From: a virus
Lineage: Duplodnaviria > Caudoviricetes
IMG/VR virus record: IMGVR_UViG_3300042268_000564
Reading direction: 5' to 3' (one strand)
Length of the DNA: 64,000 bases
In this document: positions 31,550 to 40,859 of the stretch, in pieces
How the letters are laid out: each line of letters starts with the position of its first letter
Numbering within the stretch: the stretch's first letter is position 1
The notes under the pieces: generated by a model
Told to the model about the DNA's origin: nothing
Databases searched by the model: none
The model's input: the letters and a program-made list of their open reading frames with translations, nothing else
Position numbers and translations under genes: made by a program

Positions 31550-33895
31550 ATGAAGGGTGGCTTATCAGTTGTAAAGGTATCGGATGGAAAGCTTAAATTT
31601 GCGGGGAAAATCGATTCTCGAACAAGAAAGGCACTTGGGGACAAGGCTGCTGATAAAATAGCTGGTCTCATAAAAAAGGGCACCCCTTTAAATTCAACTG
31701 CATTAAAAGCTCTTTTAACACATAAGTCTGCATTAGCTAAAAAGCTCTCGGATTTTGCAGCGAAGCGAGCGGGTAGCGCAGGTACTAAAATGTCAGTCAA
31801 AGATGACAAAGTAGCTTATTCTGGGAATAAAAATGCTACAATAAAGGTTTCGCCGTCTGCCGTATTCGGCAATAAGTCTAATCCTTATATTAATATAACG
31901 CAGGTCGATGTTAATAAGAATAAAGGCGTAATGGCGACAAAAGATTTGATAGATGACCTTGCTGAGAAATTAGGTGTGCCCAAAAATGCAAAATCTAACG
32001 TCACGGTTCGTGTGGCAGAGAATCGCAATGAAGAAAAAGAAAGTGGTATAACCAGTAAGTATGTTGGCGCCACTTTTATGCCTCGCAATAAGATTATTAC
32101 TATAAATAAGGGTTTGGTAAACGACATTGTAAAAAATAAGGGCAAAGAAGCTGCCGGGGTCCTTATTCATGAGATGGGGCATTTTATTGTTGGCGAAAAG
32201 AGAGCGAATGAGGGAACGACTTTGGCGCATGGCGGCCGCAGAGGCTTAACTCCCGCAGAGATTGCAGAAGAAATTGGTGTAGAATTGTTGGCACAATCTA
32301 TGTCTGATTCAAGGAACCGAATCGGCTACGAGGCTATTATTGCTCAGGGCACAAAGGCTGTTGCTACAATGATGAACATTCCGATGAAAGATGCCGCCGA
32401 AAAAATTATTAACGTTGGCTTGGCGCAAAACGCTTCAGAAGATGATACTAAACGTGTTCTTACTGGTTTAAGCATGATGAAAACATTGGGGAGAATGTCG
32501 GCAGTTGAGACCGTCAAGGCAAGAGATGAAGTTCTTGATGCTGCTGTAGAAATTTTTGAGAAGAAAGGCTTTGACGTGGTCAAAGATAGGCAAAATGCTC
32601 AAAAAGTTACAGAGGATTCTTTACTCACTGCAAGAGTAAGTGCGGCAGACACTCGTTGGTCGGCAGTTAACACCGCCAGACCCGATGTTGTTATGGTGTA
32701 TGCTGCCAGTGGTGGATTGCCCATGAAATTTGATAGTAAAAAATTAGAGGCTGAGGCGAAGCTGGCAACTGTTCATGTTCTTACTAATAGGATGAATGCG
32801 GCAGATATTTTAGTCAATCAAAATTTGCCGCAGGAATTAAAAACAAGATTAGCCGAAATGAGCTTGTTTAATCAAACGATTAGAGATGTAGCTGTGAAAG
32901 GGAAAACACCGCAGGAATTGATTGCCGACAATCAGCAAACTGTTTACAACAGGTTGCTATCTAATGAGCAAATTGCAAAAGTTGTGAATACGGCTTCGTC
33001 GAAAGAGTTTATTGCGAGATATAATGTTGCCAGTTTAACGGCGTTGACGACGGCTGAGACTGTTTTCAAAGCTCCTGATGCTAACGCAAGAACGTTGGCT
33101 TACGCTTTGAAAATGGCTGGTTCTACTGGGATAGATATGGGCACTGGCATGACAAAAGACATAGAAAAAAATGCTGATTTAATTTATGCAGCAAGAACTG
33201 GTGATGCAAGTGCGCTGGCAAAGGTAAAAGAAGTGTTGCCGAAGCAGTTCCAGCAGATTAACAAGAATATCGCTGAAAATGCTGAGAAAGTTAAATTTGT
33301 AGAACAAGTTTCACAGAATGATGCAGCAAAAAAAGAACTCGACAGGGCACTGGGTGGCATGGTCTATCTTGCAAGAATGAATGCAGAACATCCTCGCAAG
33401 GTGAGCATGAAGGTTGTGGAAACAAGGATTCGTGACACCGTTTCTGCTTTGGAAAGAGCGATGATTGCGGCTACTGGCAACCCTGAATCAGGGAAACGTC
33501 TTAATGATGTCTTGAGAGATGCTTTCAGTAATGTTTCTAATATGGCAAAAAATGTTACTGCAAAAGGTAAGCCTGCTACACCTGCATCGTGGTCGGTTCC
33601 TAATGCAGGAAAACCTACTCCAACACCAAAAGTTGAACCGCCAAAGGTTGAATCGCCAAAAGTAGAGAAGCCGAAAGCAACAAGCAAGCCTCGTACGAGC
33701 AAGAAAACAGAATTTTCTATAGGTCAGCAGCACAAGGATATGTTAACAAATATTATGATGAAAACTCAGATGGGGCAAAGCACGTCGTCTTTGAAAGAGA
33801 GCAAGCCTGATACCTATAAAGAGCTTGAGGACAATGGTTTTGTCAAAGATGGGAAATTAACTGACAAAGGTCGAAATTACTTCATTAAAAAGTAA
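31550..33895 (+). CDS. Shared-N-terminus family member 2 carrying an HExxH zincin domain
   Basis: N-terminal family domain, VFGNKSNP, then GATF...IITIN...LIHEMGHF...EEIGVE; Pro/Lys linker; ELEDNGFV..GKLTDKG end. Confidence 0.7.
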   Translation: MKGGLSVVKVSDGKLKFAGKIDSRTRKALGDKAADKIAGLIKKGTPLNSTALKALLTHKSALAKKLSDFAAKRAGSAGTKMSVKDDKVAYSGNKNATIKVSPSAVFGNKSNPYINITQVDVNKNKGVMATKDLIDDLAEKLGVPKNAKSNVTVRVAENRNEEKESGITSKYVGATFMPRNKIITINKGLVNDIVKNKGKEAAGVLIHEMGHFIVGEKRANEGTTLAHGGRRGLTPAEIAEEIGVELLAQSMSDSRNRIGYEAIIAQGTKAVATMMNIPMKDAAEKIINVGLAQNASEDDTKRVLTGLSMMKTLGRMSAVETVKARDEVLDAAVEIFEKKGFDVVKDRQNAQKVTEDSLLTARVSAADTRWSAVNTARPDVVMVYAASGGLPMKFDSKKLEAEAKLATVHVLTNRMNAADILVNQNLPQELKTRLAEMSLFNQTIRDVAVKGKTPQELIADNQQTVYNRLLSNEQIAKVVNTASSKEFIARYNVASLTALTTAETVFKAPDANARTLAYALKMAGSTGIDMGTGMTKDIEKNADLIYAARTGDASALAKVKEVLPKQFQQINKNIAENAEKVKFVEQVSQNDAAKKELDRALGGMVYLARMNAEHPRKVSMKVVETRIRDTVSALERAMIAATGNPESGKRLNDVLRDAFSNVSNMAKNVTAKGKPATPASWSVPNAGKPTPTPKVEPPKVESPKVEKPKATSKPRTSKKTEFSIGQQHKDMLTNIMMKTQMGQSTSSLKESKPDTYKELEDNGFVKDGKLTDKGRNYFIKK

Positions 33896-33904
33896 TATAG
33901 TTGC

Positions 33905-35716
33905 ATGGCAAAAACAAGTAATTCAGCAACAGGGCTTTGTTTAAATTATAGAAAGCTCAAAGATGCAGAAGCAAAGATAGACGAGACTGTACCTATCCTT
34001 GATGTAATGAAAAGGATGGGGCTAAAAGTCACACGGCTGGGAAATACTTATCGGACGTTATGCTTTTATCATAACGATACCAAAGAGCCAAATCTTTCGT
34101 ATATTGCTAATGGCAAGAACTTTGTCTTTTGTTTTTGCTGTAGATTGACTCGTAGACCAGTTCGGCTTTGGCAGGATTTCTTTTCTAAGACATTCGAAGA
34201 GGCTGTTTGTGACCTTGCCCCTATGGCAGGGATTAGTCTTTCAGATTTAGAGGGTGCACCTTCACGAGAAGAGCTTCTGCACAAAGAGGCATTAGCTGTA
34301 AATCTGGAAGTGGCGAATAAGATGCATGACAATGTAAAGCTTACGCCGCAGATTATGGAACATTTAAGGACTCGGTTTTCATTGGAAGCTATTAATCAGT
34401 GGCAGATAGGTTATTGTCCTGACGGCGATGAGCTTGTAACCTATTTAAGACATAAAAAGAAATTTTCCTACGATGCCATCAAGCTTGCAGGGATAAAGCC
34501 AAAGATGTTTCATGATAGAATCATTTTCCCATTAAAGAACCTTTATGGAAATATTGTAGCGTTCAGTGCTCGTTCTTGGGGAGTAACCCCTGAAGATGAA
34601 AAGGCAAAACGCACTAATCCAGACGGGAATGATTCGCCAAAATATATCAATACTTATGCCAGTAAGATTTTTAACAAATCCTCTGAAATGTATGGATTAT
34701 GTGTCGCCAGAGAGCATGTTAAAGCAAATGACAATTCCTTGATTCTTGTAGAGGGTCATCCTGACGTTATAGCAATGCATGAAGCAGGCTTTTTAAACAC
34801 CGCAGGCGTAATGTCAGCAAGCTTTAATATTGTTGCTGCAAAGATGTTAGAAGCTGTTGGGGTTCAGAAGATTATTTTTTGTTTCGATGGTGATAGAGGT
34901 GGCAGAGAAGGAACTTTGCGGATATTAAAGCAGGAGTCTAAGATTAACCAGCAGCTTATGGAACATGGTGGCTGTTTGCGCTTTTATGCTGTTGGTATTC
35001 CGTGGGGTTGCGACCCTGAAGAATACCTTAGAAATAAAGACAATGTTATCAGTATGAAAAAGATTTTGCGCAAGCCGATGACGTGTCTTGATTTTTATAT
35101 CTACAATCTTTTAAGGACTCAAACACCCCAAACATTGTCTGAAAAATTAGATTTTATTTATAATATTCGAAAAGAGCTGCATAAAGATATTAAGCCAGCA
35201 GAACTTCAGGTTACGGAAAAGTTTTTGTGTGATTCATTTGGCTTGGATTCAATTCAACTGTGTGAATATGCTAAGTCAATGGATTACAAAGAAGAAGTCT
35301 TTAAAATGGAAGATGAATTTATTGCGGCAGTCTTGAATGATAAATTTTTCCAAAAAGTGGCATTGGAAGTTGTGCCGCCTGAGTGGATACAGGGACGGAA
35401 TAATGTAGTGTATCGAGCGATTCTTGAATTGTATAAGAATAATGATTACATTGCTTTCGAGACTATGTGGGATAAGATTGTTTATTTGGGCATGGCAGCT
35501 CATCTTGGTGTAAAAAAAGAGGAGTTGGCAAAAAGATTTAAACGTGTGCCATCAGACCCGTTGCCAATGATTGCGGATTTGAAGCGTAGGGGCAGGAAGC
35601 GTAGGGTTGCTGATACTATGGCAAGGATTTGTGCGAAAGCAAAGAATCTTACTGAGCAAGAGCTTGTGGAAGAAATAAAAAAATGTGCATTAATTTTTGA
35701 AGCAGAATTTAATTGA
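33905..35716 (+). CDS. dnaG: DNA primase (DnaG type)
   Basis: CHC2 Zn finger CFYHND..CFCC, RIIFP, FSAR, KYIN, Toprim VEGHPDV and DGDRGG, DnaB-binding-like C-terminal domain. Confidence 0.93.
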   Translation: MAKTSNSATGLCLNYRKLKDAEAKIDETVPILDVMKRMGLKVTRLGNTYRTLCFYHNDTKEPNLSYIANGKNFVFCFCCRLTRRPVRLWQDFFSKTFEEAVCDLAPMAGISLSDLEGAPSREELLHKEALAVNLEVANKMHDNVKLTPQIMEHLRTRFSLEAINQWQIGYCPDGDELVTYLRHKKKFSYDAIKLAGIKPKMFHDRIIFPLKNLYGNIVAFSARSWGVTPEDEKAKRTNPDGNDSPKYINTYASKIFNKSSEMYGLCVAREHVKANDNSLILVEGHPDVIAMHEAGFLNTAGVMSASFNIVAAKMLEAVGVQKIIFCFDGDRGGREGTLRILKQESKINQQLMEHGGCLRFYAVGIPWGCDPEEYLRNKDNVISMKKILRKPMTCLDFYIYNLLRTQTPQTLSEKLDFIYNIRKELHKDIKPAELQVTEKFLCDSFGLDSIQLCEYAKSMDYKEEVFKMEDEFIAAVLNDKFFQKVALEVVPPEWIQGRNNVVYRAILELYKNNDYIAFETMWDKIVYLGMAAHLGVKKEELAKRFKRVPSDPLPMIADLKRRGRKRRVADTMARICAKAKNLTEQELVEEIKKCALIFEAEFN

Positions 35717-35740
35717 CAAGTCTTGGCGTGCATCTATAAT
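35713..35740 (+). promoter_or_regulatory. sigma70-type promoter TTGACA-N16-TATAAT
   Basis: Perfect hexamers; -35 overlaps dnaG stop codon. Confidence 0.8.
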
Positions 35741-35850
35741 ACGTGTATCCAATTTTGAGGTATTTTAATGAACATTCAAGGTGCACGGCAAGTTTACAAG
35801 CGCAAAGGTGAGAGTCCTGTTATTTCTGGGAGACGACAGGTAACAAGGTC

Positions 35851-36465
35851 GTGGAAAAAGATAGTTTTTTTGTCTGTGATTATGATTATTATTCTGTGTG
35901 GAAAGGTTCTGGCAAAATAATGAAGACACCCTGTAGCACTGGCTGTAATATGTGTGGAACATGTTGTGTGATTTATACCATTGACGATGAAAAGCTCCAG
36001 AAAGCGTCTTTTAAACGTTGTCCGAACTTAGTTTACGAAGGAAACAAGGCTTTATGTTCTATTCATGAAACAAAAGGAAAATGTCAGCCTGATACGTGTA
36101 AAGAATATGATGCTACAAAACGTCAAAAGACGGTTTGGTATGATGATAGATTTAAGTTCTATAAGCAGCGTGAGTTTATGGAGCATTGGGCATGGTGTTC
36201 AAAGCAAGGGTATCTCAAACATTTGCCGATTATGCAAGCTATAGCGAATAAAGATTATTCTGAGAAGGTAACAGAACAAGTTTTTCGTTATTTTGTTCAT
36301 CCAGTTTGTATGGATATTGACGGTACGCTTGCAGTAGAGAAAGAATGGTTTGGGTTGTGGCAAGGATTGAAAGACTATCTTAAAACTTTGCCAGATGAGG
36401 TTAAGAGTAAGTGGTGTGCTAAGAATAATAAGAATTATCGCAAGAAGCCATTGCAAGTAATTTGA
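35851..36465 (+). CDS. YkgJ-like CxxCxxCC cluster protein
   Basis: CNMCGTCC, CPNL, CSIHE, PDTCKEY; start may be the internal ATG (MKTPC). Confidence 0.65.
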   Translation: MEKDSFFVCDYDYYSVWKGSGKIMKTPCSTGCNMCGTCCVIYTIDDEKLQKASFKRCPNLVYEGNKALCSIHETKGKCQPDTCKEYDATKRQKTVWYDDRFKFYKQREFMEHWAWCSKQGYLKHLPIMQAIANKDYSEKVTEQVFRYFVHPVCMDIDGTLAVEKEWFGLWQGLKDYLKTLPDEVKSKWCAKNNKNYRKKPLQVI

Positions 36466-36483
36466 TTGTCAAAAATAAGCAAT

Positions 36484-36511
36484 AAAAGCCCTGATTTTAC
36501 AGGGCTTTTTT
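36484..36511 (+). terminator. Intrinsic terminator
   Basis: AAAAGCCCTG-atttta-CAGGGCTTTTT. Confidence 0.8.
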
Positions 36512-36550
36512 CTTTTTAAAGTATTAACCATATTAATATGGAGAAGTTTT

Positions 36551-37720
36551 ATGGTTAAAGGAACTGGCATAAAAGCGACAAAAGTTTCTGACAATAGTAT
36601 CACTCTTGGCAAACAACCAGCAGGGGTTGCGAGACGATATGGTGGCGCAGTGAGAAATGCGCTGGGACGAGCCTCAGTCAAAGGCAGTAAGCTTAATAAA
36701 ACAGCTTTACTTGCAGCTTTAACTGTTAAAGGAAGTAAATTAACGCCGGACAGGGCTAAGAAGCTTGTAGATAAGGTATTTAATGAAGCTGCGCCTCGTA
36801 AAGTGGCGGTAGCGAATCCTTTTAAGAATAAAACAAACCAGATGGCATTCTTTGATTTCTTTAAAAAGAAAGAGTCGTCGGAAGAATCTACTGAACAAAG
36901 ACTGGCGAGAGAAAAGGGACTCCAGCAAGGTGCAAGAAACGAAGTAACAGGACGTGCTGTTGGCGAAGCGAGAGTAAAACGTGACACTTATCTTCAGAAG
37001 CAGAATGAAGCTGGCAAGATAGACAAGAAGTTCCAAGATATGCCAATTTTCCAAAATAAAACGAATCAACTTTCAGGCAAGGCATTAGGCGAGACAACAC
37101 AAATATCTGGCAAGGTTGAGGCTGGAATTTTTGACGTGGCGAGGTCTAATGTTGAAAGGATTGCCAGAGAGAACGGTATGGATAATAAAGTGGCAAGGAA
37201 CATGATTAATACGCTTGCCGACCTTTCGTTGAATCAAGGTATTCAAGACCGTCAAGCATTAGAGGTCGCATTTAAAGAATCTATGCAAGCTTTTGGGAAC
37301 GATGCTAAAGCTATAAGTCGTTCTGCAAAAGAGCTGAACATTTCTAAATCGGATTTGCAAGACGCTGTTAAAAAGGCTCAAGGAATGAGTATTGACAATA
37401 TTCTTGGCAAGACCAATAGTGCATTTCAAGCATCAGTTGAATACTTCCCATCAAAAACATTGGCAGCGACTCATAAAGTGAGTCCGAAAATAATGGATTT
37501 GGTTGGTAATAACTTCCGTGACATGCTTTATAATAAAAATATGAGCAGAAAAGATATGGCTGCTGAATTCGACCGCACAAATAATGCAATGGCTCAAATG
37601 GAACAAGACAAACCAAAAGCATTTGCGAATAAAGCAAAAGAATATGGACTTACACCGAGAGAACTTTCAGACTCAGTAAGAAGATTGCAAAAACTTTCTA
37701 TTGACGATTTGTTACACTAA
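36551..37720 (+). CDS. Shared-N-terminus family member 3 with tandem helical repeats
   Basis: First ~95 aa nearly identical to 40860 and 61849; NKTNQ twice, GKTNS once. Confidence 0.75.
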   Translation: MVKGTGIKATKVSDNSITLGKQPAGVARRYGGAVRNALGRASVKGSKLNKTALLAALTVKGSKLTPDRAKKLVDKVFNEAAPRKVAVANPFKNKTNQMAFFDFFKKKESSEESTEQRLAREKGLQQGARNEVTGRAVGEARVKRDTYLQKQNEAGKIDKKFQDMPIFQNKTNQLSGKALGETTQISGKVEAGIFDVARSNVERIARENGMDNKVARNMINTLADLSLNQGIQDRQALEVAFKESMQAFGNDAKAISRSAKELNISKSDLQDAVKKAQGMSIDNILGKTNSAFQASVEYFPSKTLAATHKVSPKIMDLVGNNFRDMLYNKNMSRKDMAAEFDRTNNAMAQMEQDKPKAFANKAKEYGLTPRELSDSVRRLQKLSIDDLLH

Positions 37721-37737
37721 TAGAGGACTCTTTCAAG

Positions 37738-37763
37738 AAGCACTCCTTCGGGGGTGCTTTTTT
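37738..37763 (+). terminator. Intrinsic terminator
   Basis: AAGCACTCC-TTCG-GGGGTGCTT TTTT. Confidence 0.85.
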
Positions 37764-37765
37764 GT

Positions 37766-37793
37766 TTGACATTGTTGCCTATTTCGTTATAAT
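37766..37793 (+). promoter_or_regulatory. sigma70-type promoter TTGACA-N16-TATAAT
   Basis: Perfect hexamers. Confidence 0.8.
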
Positions 37794-37810
37794 AAATGTG
37801 AGGTGAAAAA

Positions 37811-38209
37811 ATGTTTGTTTACAATGATGGTGGCAGGGCAAAGGCTGGTTTCAAAGGTGAGACAAGAGACTGTGTCACAAGGGCTATTGCTATTGCTACT
37901 GGGAAGCCTTATAAAACTGTTTATGATGCCCTTAATAAACTCGCTGGCAAAAGTGTAGCAAGAACTGGTGTTCCACGAAAGATTTATGAGGCTTATTTAC
38001 TAGCTGACGGGTGGCGTTGGGTTCCTACGATGCTTGTGGGCAAAGGTTGCAAGGTTCATTTGTTGGCAGATGAATTGCCAAAGGGCAAGTTGATTGTTCG
38101 GGTTTCTAAGCATATTGTTGCTGTTATTGATGGCGTAATTCATGATACAAGTGACCCAAGTAGAGGTGGCTCACGTTGCGTCTATGGTTATTTCACAAAG
38201 GAGAAGTAA
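37811..38209 (+). CDS. Conserved phage protein (DGGR...DCVTRAIAIA...H...DG)
   Basis: Cys/His/Asp pattern suggestive of a small papain-like fold. Confidence 0.55.
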   Translation: MFVYNDGGRAKAGFKGETRDCVTRAIAIATGKPYKTVYDALNKLAGKSVARTGVPRKIYEAYLLADGWRWVPTMLVGKGCKVHLLADELPKGKLIVRVSKHIVAVIDGVIHDTSDPSRGGSRCVYGYFTKEK

Positions 38210-38210
38210 T

Positions 38211-38405
38211 ATGAGTGCAATGAAAGATGCTCAATTAGAGGCTCAGGAAAAACTTTCTGTTGAATGGCGACAAGTTTATATGTTGTTGGATAGAGAGAAA
38301 AAAGCAAAGCGTAAAAATTACGCCGCTTTGAATGATTATATGATTCGATTACGCTCCATTGAAGAACAGGCAAAAGAGATGAATATTGAATTGATTATCA
38401 GGTGA
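38211..38405 (+). CDS. Hypothetical protein
   Basis: AAGGAG RBS before ATG 38211. Confidence 0.55.
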   Translation: MSAMKDAQLEAQEKLSVEWRQVYMLLDREKKAKRKNYAALNDYMIRLRSIEEQAKEMNIELIIR

Positions 38406-38446
38406 GAGTAAAATATAGATAAACCATAATAGGACGGTTTATTTAT

Positions 38447-38869
38447 ATGCCAGAAAGCCTTAAAGACGGGGTTTGGTACCCCGAAATGATTCTTAAAGAC
38501 CTTGTTGACGCAGGTATCTCTGCCAAAACAGTAGGTTACGATATTGTTGATGTTACGGGCAAACGTTTTTTTTATTTTGCCGATGACGAAAAAATCCCAT
38601 TTGCAGTTGTAGCTTGGAAGCAAGATGACTATATGATTCTTGCTTTTGCACAAGAAATGCCGACTAATATAACAAAAGATATCGTAAAAGCTTTCCGTAA
38701 AGTGCTCGGTTATCCACCATTTGTTCAATACGACTCTTTTCAGCGTGGAGAAGCTTTCAAGGTATTTGAGTGGGCTAAGAATGATGAGGACGATAAATTT
38801 ATTACAATCATGACATTGCCTAACATTAAGAATGTGACAAAAGTGAAAGATGAGTATTACAATGCCTAA
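38447..38869 (+). CDS. Hypothetical protein
   Basis: ORF. Confidence 0.55.
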   Translation: MPESLKDGVWYPEMILKDLVDAGISAKTVGYDIVDVTGKRFFYFADDEKIPFAVVAWKQDDYMILAFAQEMPTNITKDIVKAFRKVLGYPPFVQYDSFQRGEAFKVFEWAKNDEDDKFITIMTLPNIKNVTKVKDEYYNA

Positions 38870-39323
38870 TCCACGAAAACGACTTGCTGATTTATCAGAA
38901 CAAAAACAAACATTTCTGCCTGAGAAATATGTTCTTTTAATTAAAACACCAAAAAAGGCGTTGGCGGTAGAAGGGCGCAAAGATTTTACAGAACATTCTA
39001 GCAGAGATGCGTCTACTGTTGTTTGGTTTGAGTTATTGTATAAACTCTCGCAATTAAAGGGGTTGGAAACTGTTAATCGAAAGTATAGATTAACTCATTA
39101 CAGTCCATTGCTGGCAGTGCCTGAAGGGTTCAGTGGTATGACAATTACCCATGAGCAAGATGGCACGATAACTTTTGGCGGAAGATTTTTTGCGAATTGT
39201 GCGTATTCGTCGGAGGATACAACATTAGAATTGTTTGCATATTTTGATGAAGCTTTGCAAGTGCCGGATGATGAAGTAAGAACAGTAATGCAGGAATTTT
39301 GCGTAGGGATGCATGATTTGTGA
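38850..39323 (+). CDS. Hypothetical protein
   Basis: ORF overlapping neighbours. Confidence 0.55.
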   Translation: MSITMPNPRKRLADLSEQKQTFLPEKYVLLIKTPKKALAVEGRKDFTEHSSRDASTVVWFELLYKLSQLKGLETVNRKYRLTHYSPLLAVPEGFSGMTITHEQDGTITFGGRFFANCAYSSEDTTLELFAYFDEALQVPDDEVRTVMQEFCVGMHDL

Positions 39324-39919
39324 GGCAAAAGATGGATAATGTAGGTTTAATTTTGTGGGATGGGACAACTTCTGTAGAGAATATGACTTCACAGCACAGT
39401 ATGATGCGTGGAGCTGGCATAAATAGAATTTGTGTGGTTGGATGTGGTCAAACAGCTCGTCCAAATTCTTTGATAACATTGTATGAGAATAAGCCTATTG
39501 GGTCTTACGCAGCTCTTGTTCGAGGGGTTAATTATTGTGAGATGTCAATGTTTAATGGTTCTACAGTGAACCAAGAAGGTGTGTTTATTCATTATGCAGA
39601 TGAGCCATTAACATTGAATATTATTAATAAGATTATGCAAATATCTACTATTTGCAGCAATGGAAGCGCAGATATTGTAATGGCTCTTAGACTGGTGGAT
39701 GATAGCTCGAAGCCTAAATATGCTATAGGGCATGATGGAACAATTCAAGGGGTTCAAGAACGTTCAAGAGGGCATGAAAATTTCGGAACTCTATTTATAA
39801 AACGTGGCTTTTTAAAAGGAATGCCAACAGGCTTTACAAAAATACATGAATTTATAGATTGGGCTGTAAAGAACGATACAGCTAAGATTTACGGTGCAAT
39901 AATTAGTTGTAGTAAATAG
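39320..39919 (+). CDS. Hypothetical protein, possibly degenerate sugar-nucleotidyltransferase fold
   Basis: AGINRICVV, YADE, KYA....G pattern but lacks the GxGTR loop. Confidence 0.35.
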   Translation: MRQKMDNVGLILWDGTTSVENMTSQHSMMRGAGINRICVVGCGQTARPNSLITLYENKPIGSYAALVRGVNYCEMSMFNGSTVNQEGVFIHYADEPLTLNIINKIMQISTICSNGSADIVMALRLVDDSSKPKYAIGHDGTIQGVQERSRGHENFGTLFIKRGFLKGMPTGFTKIHEFIDWAVKNDTAKIYGAIISCSK

Positions 39920-39946
39920 CTGTTTTAAATAGATTGTAAGCCGTGC

Positions 39947-39979
39947 CCCCTGCTTTTTTCGCATTAGCAGGGGTTTTTT
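39947..39979 (+). terminator. Intrinsic terminator
   Basis: CCCCTGCT...AGCAGGGG TTTTTT. Confidence 0.7.
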
Positions 39980-40043
39980 CTTGCTTTTTATAAAGTATTT
40001 ATTAGCGGCAGAGCTGGCAACGGGGACTAAAGGAGATTTTTTG

Positions 40044-40769
40044 ATGGATAATTCTAAGTTCAAGCAGGTGTCGAACGACGGCAGCGGCGTGTTGACGGTA
40101 TCTGTCGACAACGCATTAGTGTGTAGCGATATTCATGTGCCCGGTCATAGTGAATATCATATTAAAAAGATGATTAAATATGGTTTGGAACATGGCATTA
40201 AACATCTTTTTATTGCTGGCGATTTTTGGAATCATGATGCAATTTCACGATGGGAGCTTAAAGATAGAAATCTTGGGCTTGCCGATGAATTAAAAGCAGG
40301 AAAAGAGCTTTTGCACAGATTAACAAAATATTTTTATGTTTATCTGGTGTGTGGGAATCATGATGCAAGGATGCCAAGGATTTTGAAGTATGCTGTAAGT
40401 TATTCTGATTGGGTTGCGACAATCCATGCAAAGAAACTTGTAGTTACTGACTTTGATTATATGTTTCTTGAATCTGATGGTGAAATTTTCCGAATATGTC
40501 ATCCAGACATGTATAGCTTGGTAAAAAACAAAAGTGCCTCTACATTGGCACAAGACCTTCAGCAACACGTTATTATGGGGCACCAACATTACCTATCCAT
40601 AGCTACAAACAAAACGGGCAAGTATATGGCAATTGATGCAGGCTGCATGTGTGATATTAACGCCTTTGTTTACAAGAAAGCATCAACCACAAGATGCCCC
40701 GAATGGGAGAATGGTTTTTTCCATATTAAGAATGGGAAAGTAAAGATGATTTGTGATTACACCTTTTGA
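40044..40769 (+). CDS. Calcineurin-like metallophosphoesterase
   Basis: SDIH, AGDFW, GNHD, H, GHQH; start moved to ATG after AAGGAG. Confidence 0.85.
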   Translation: MDNSKFKQVSNDGSGVLTVSVDNALVCSDIHVPGHSEYHIKKMIKYGLEHGIKHLFIAGDFWNHDAISRWELKDRNLGLADELKAGKELLHRLTKYFYVYLVCGNHDARMPRILKYAVSYSDWVATIHAKKLVVTDFDYMFLESDGEIFRICHPDMYSLVKNKSASTLAQDLQQHVIMGHQHYLSIATNKTGKYMAIDAGCMCDINAFVYKKASTTRCPEWENGFFHIKNGKVKMICDYTF

Positions 40770-40792
40770 CAAGGTGAGAGGTTTTCATATTT

Positions 40793-40817
40793 GCCCTGCG
40801 GTTGCAGGGCTTTTTTT
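40793..40817 (+). terminator. Intrinsic terminator (paralogous to 61778-61806)
   Basis: GCCCTGC-ggtt-GCAGGGC TTTTTTT. Confidence 0.8.
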
Positions 40818-40859
40818 ATTGTAAAATATTGATAAAAGATTATTGCAGGAGTATTCGAT

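Noticed and set aside
35768-35863. 31-aa ORF after the 35713 promoter
   Set aside because: Has a GAGG RBS but is too short and featureless to support; may be a leader peptide or an eroded gene.
40766-40793. Additional TTGACA promoters at 40766 and 63264
   Set aside because: No acceptable -10 hexamer at 16-18 bp.
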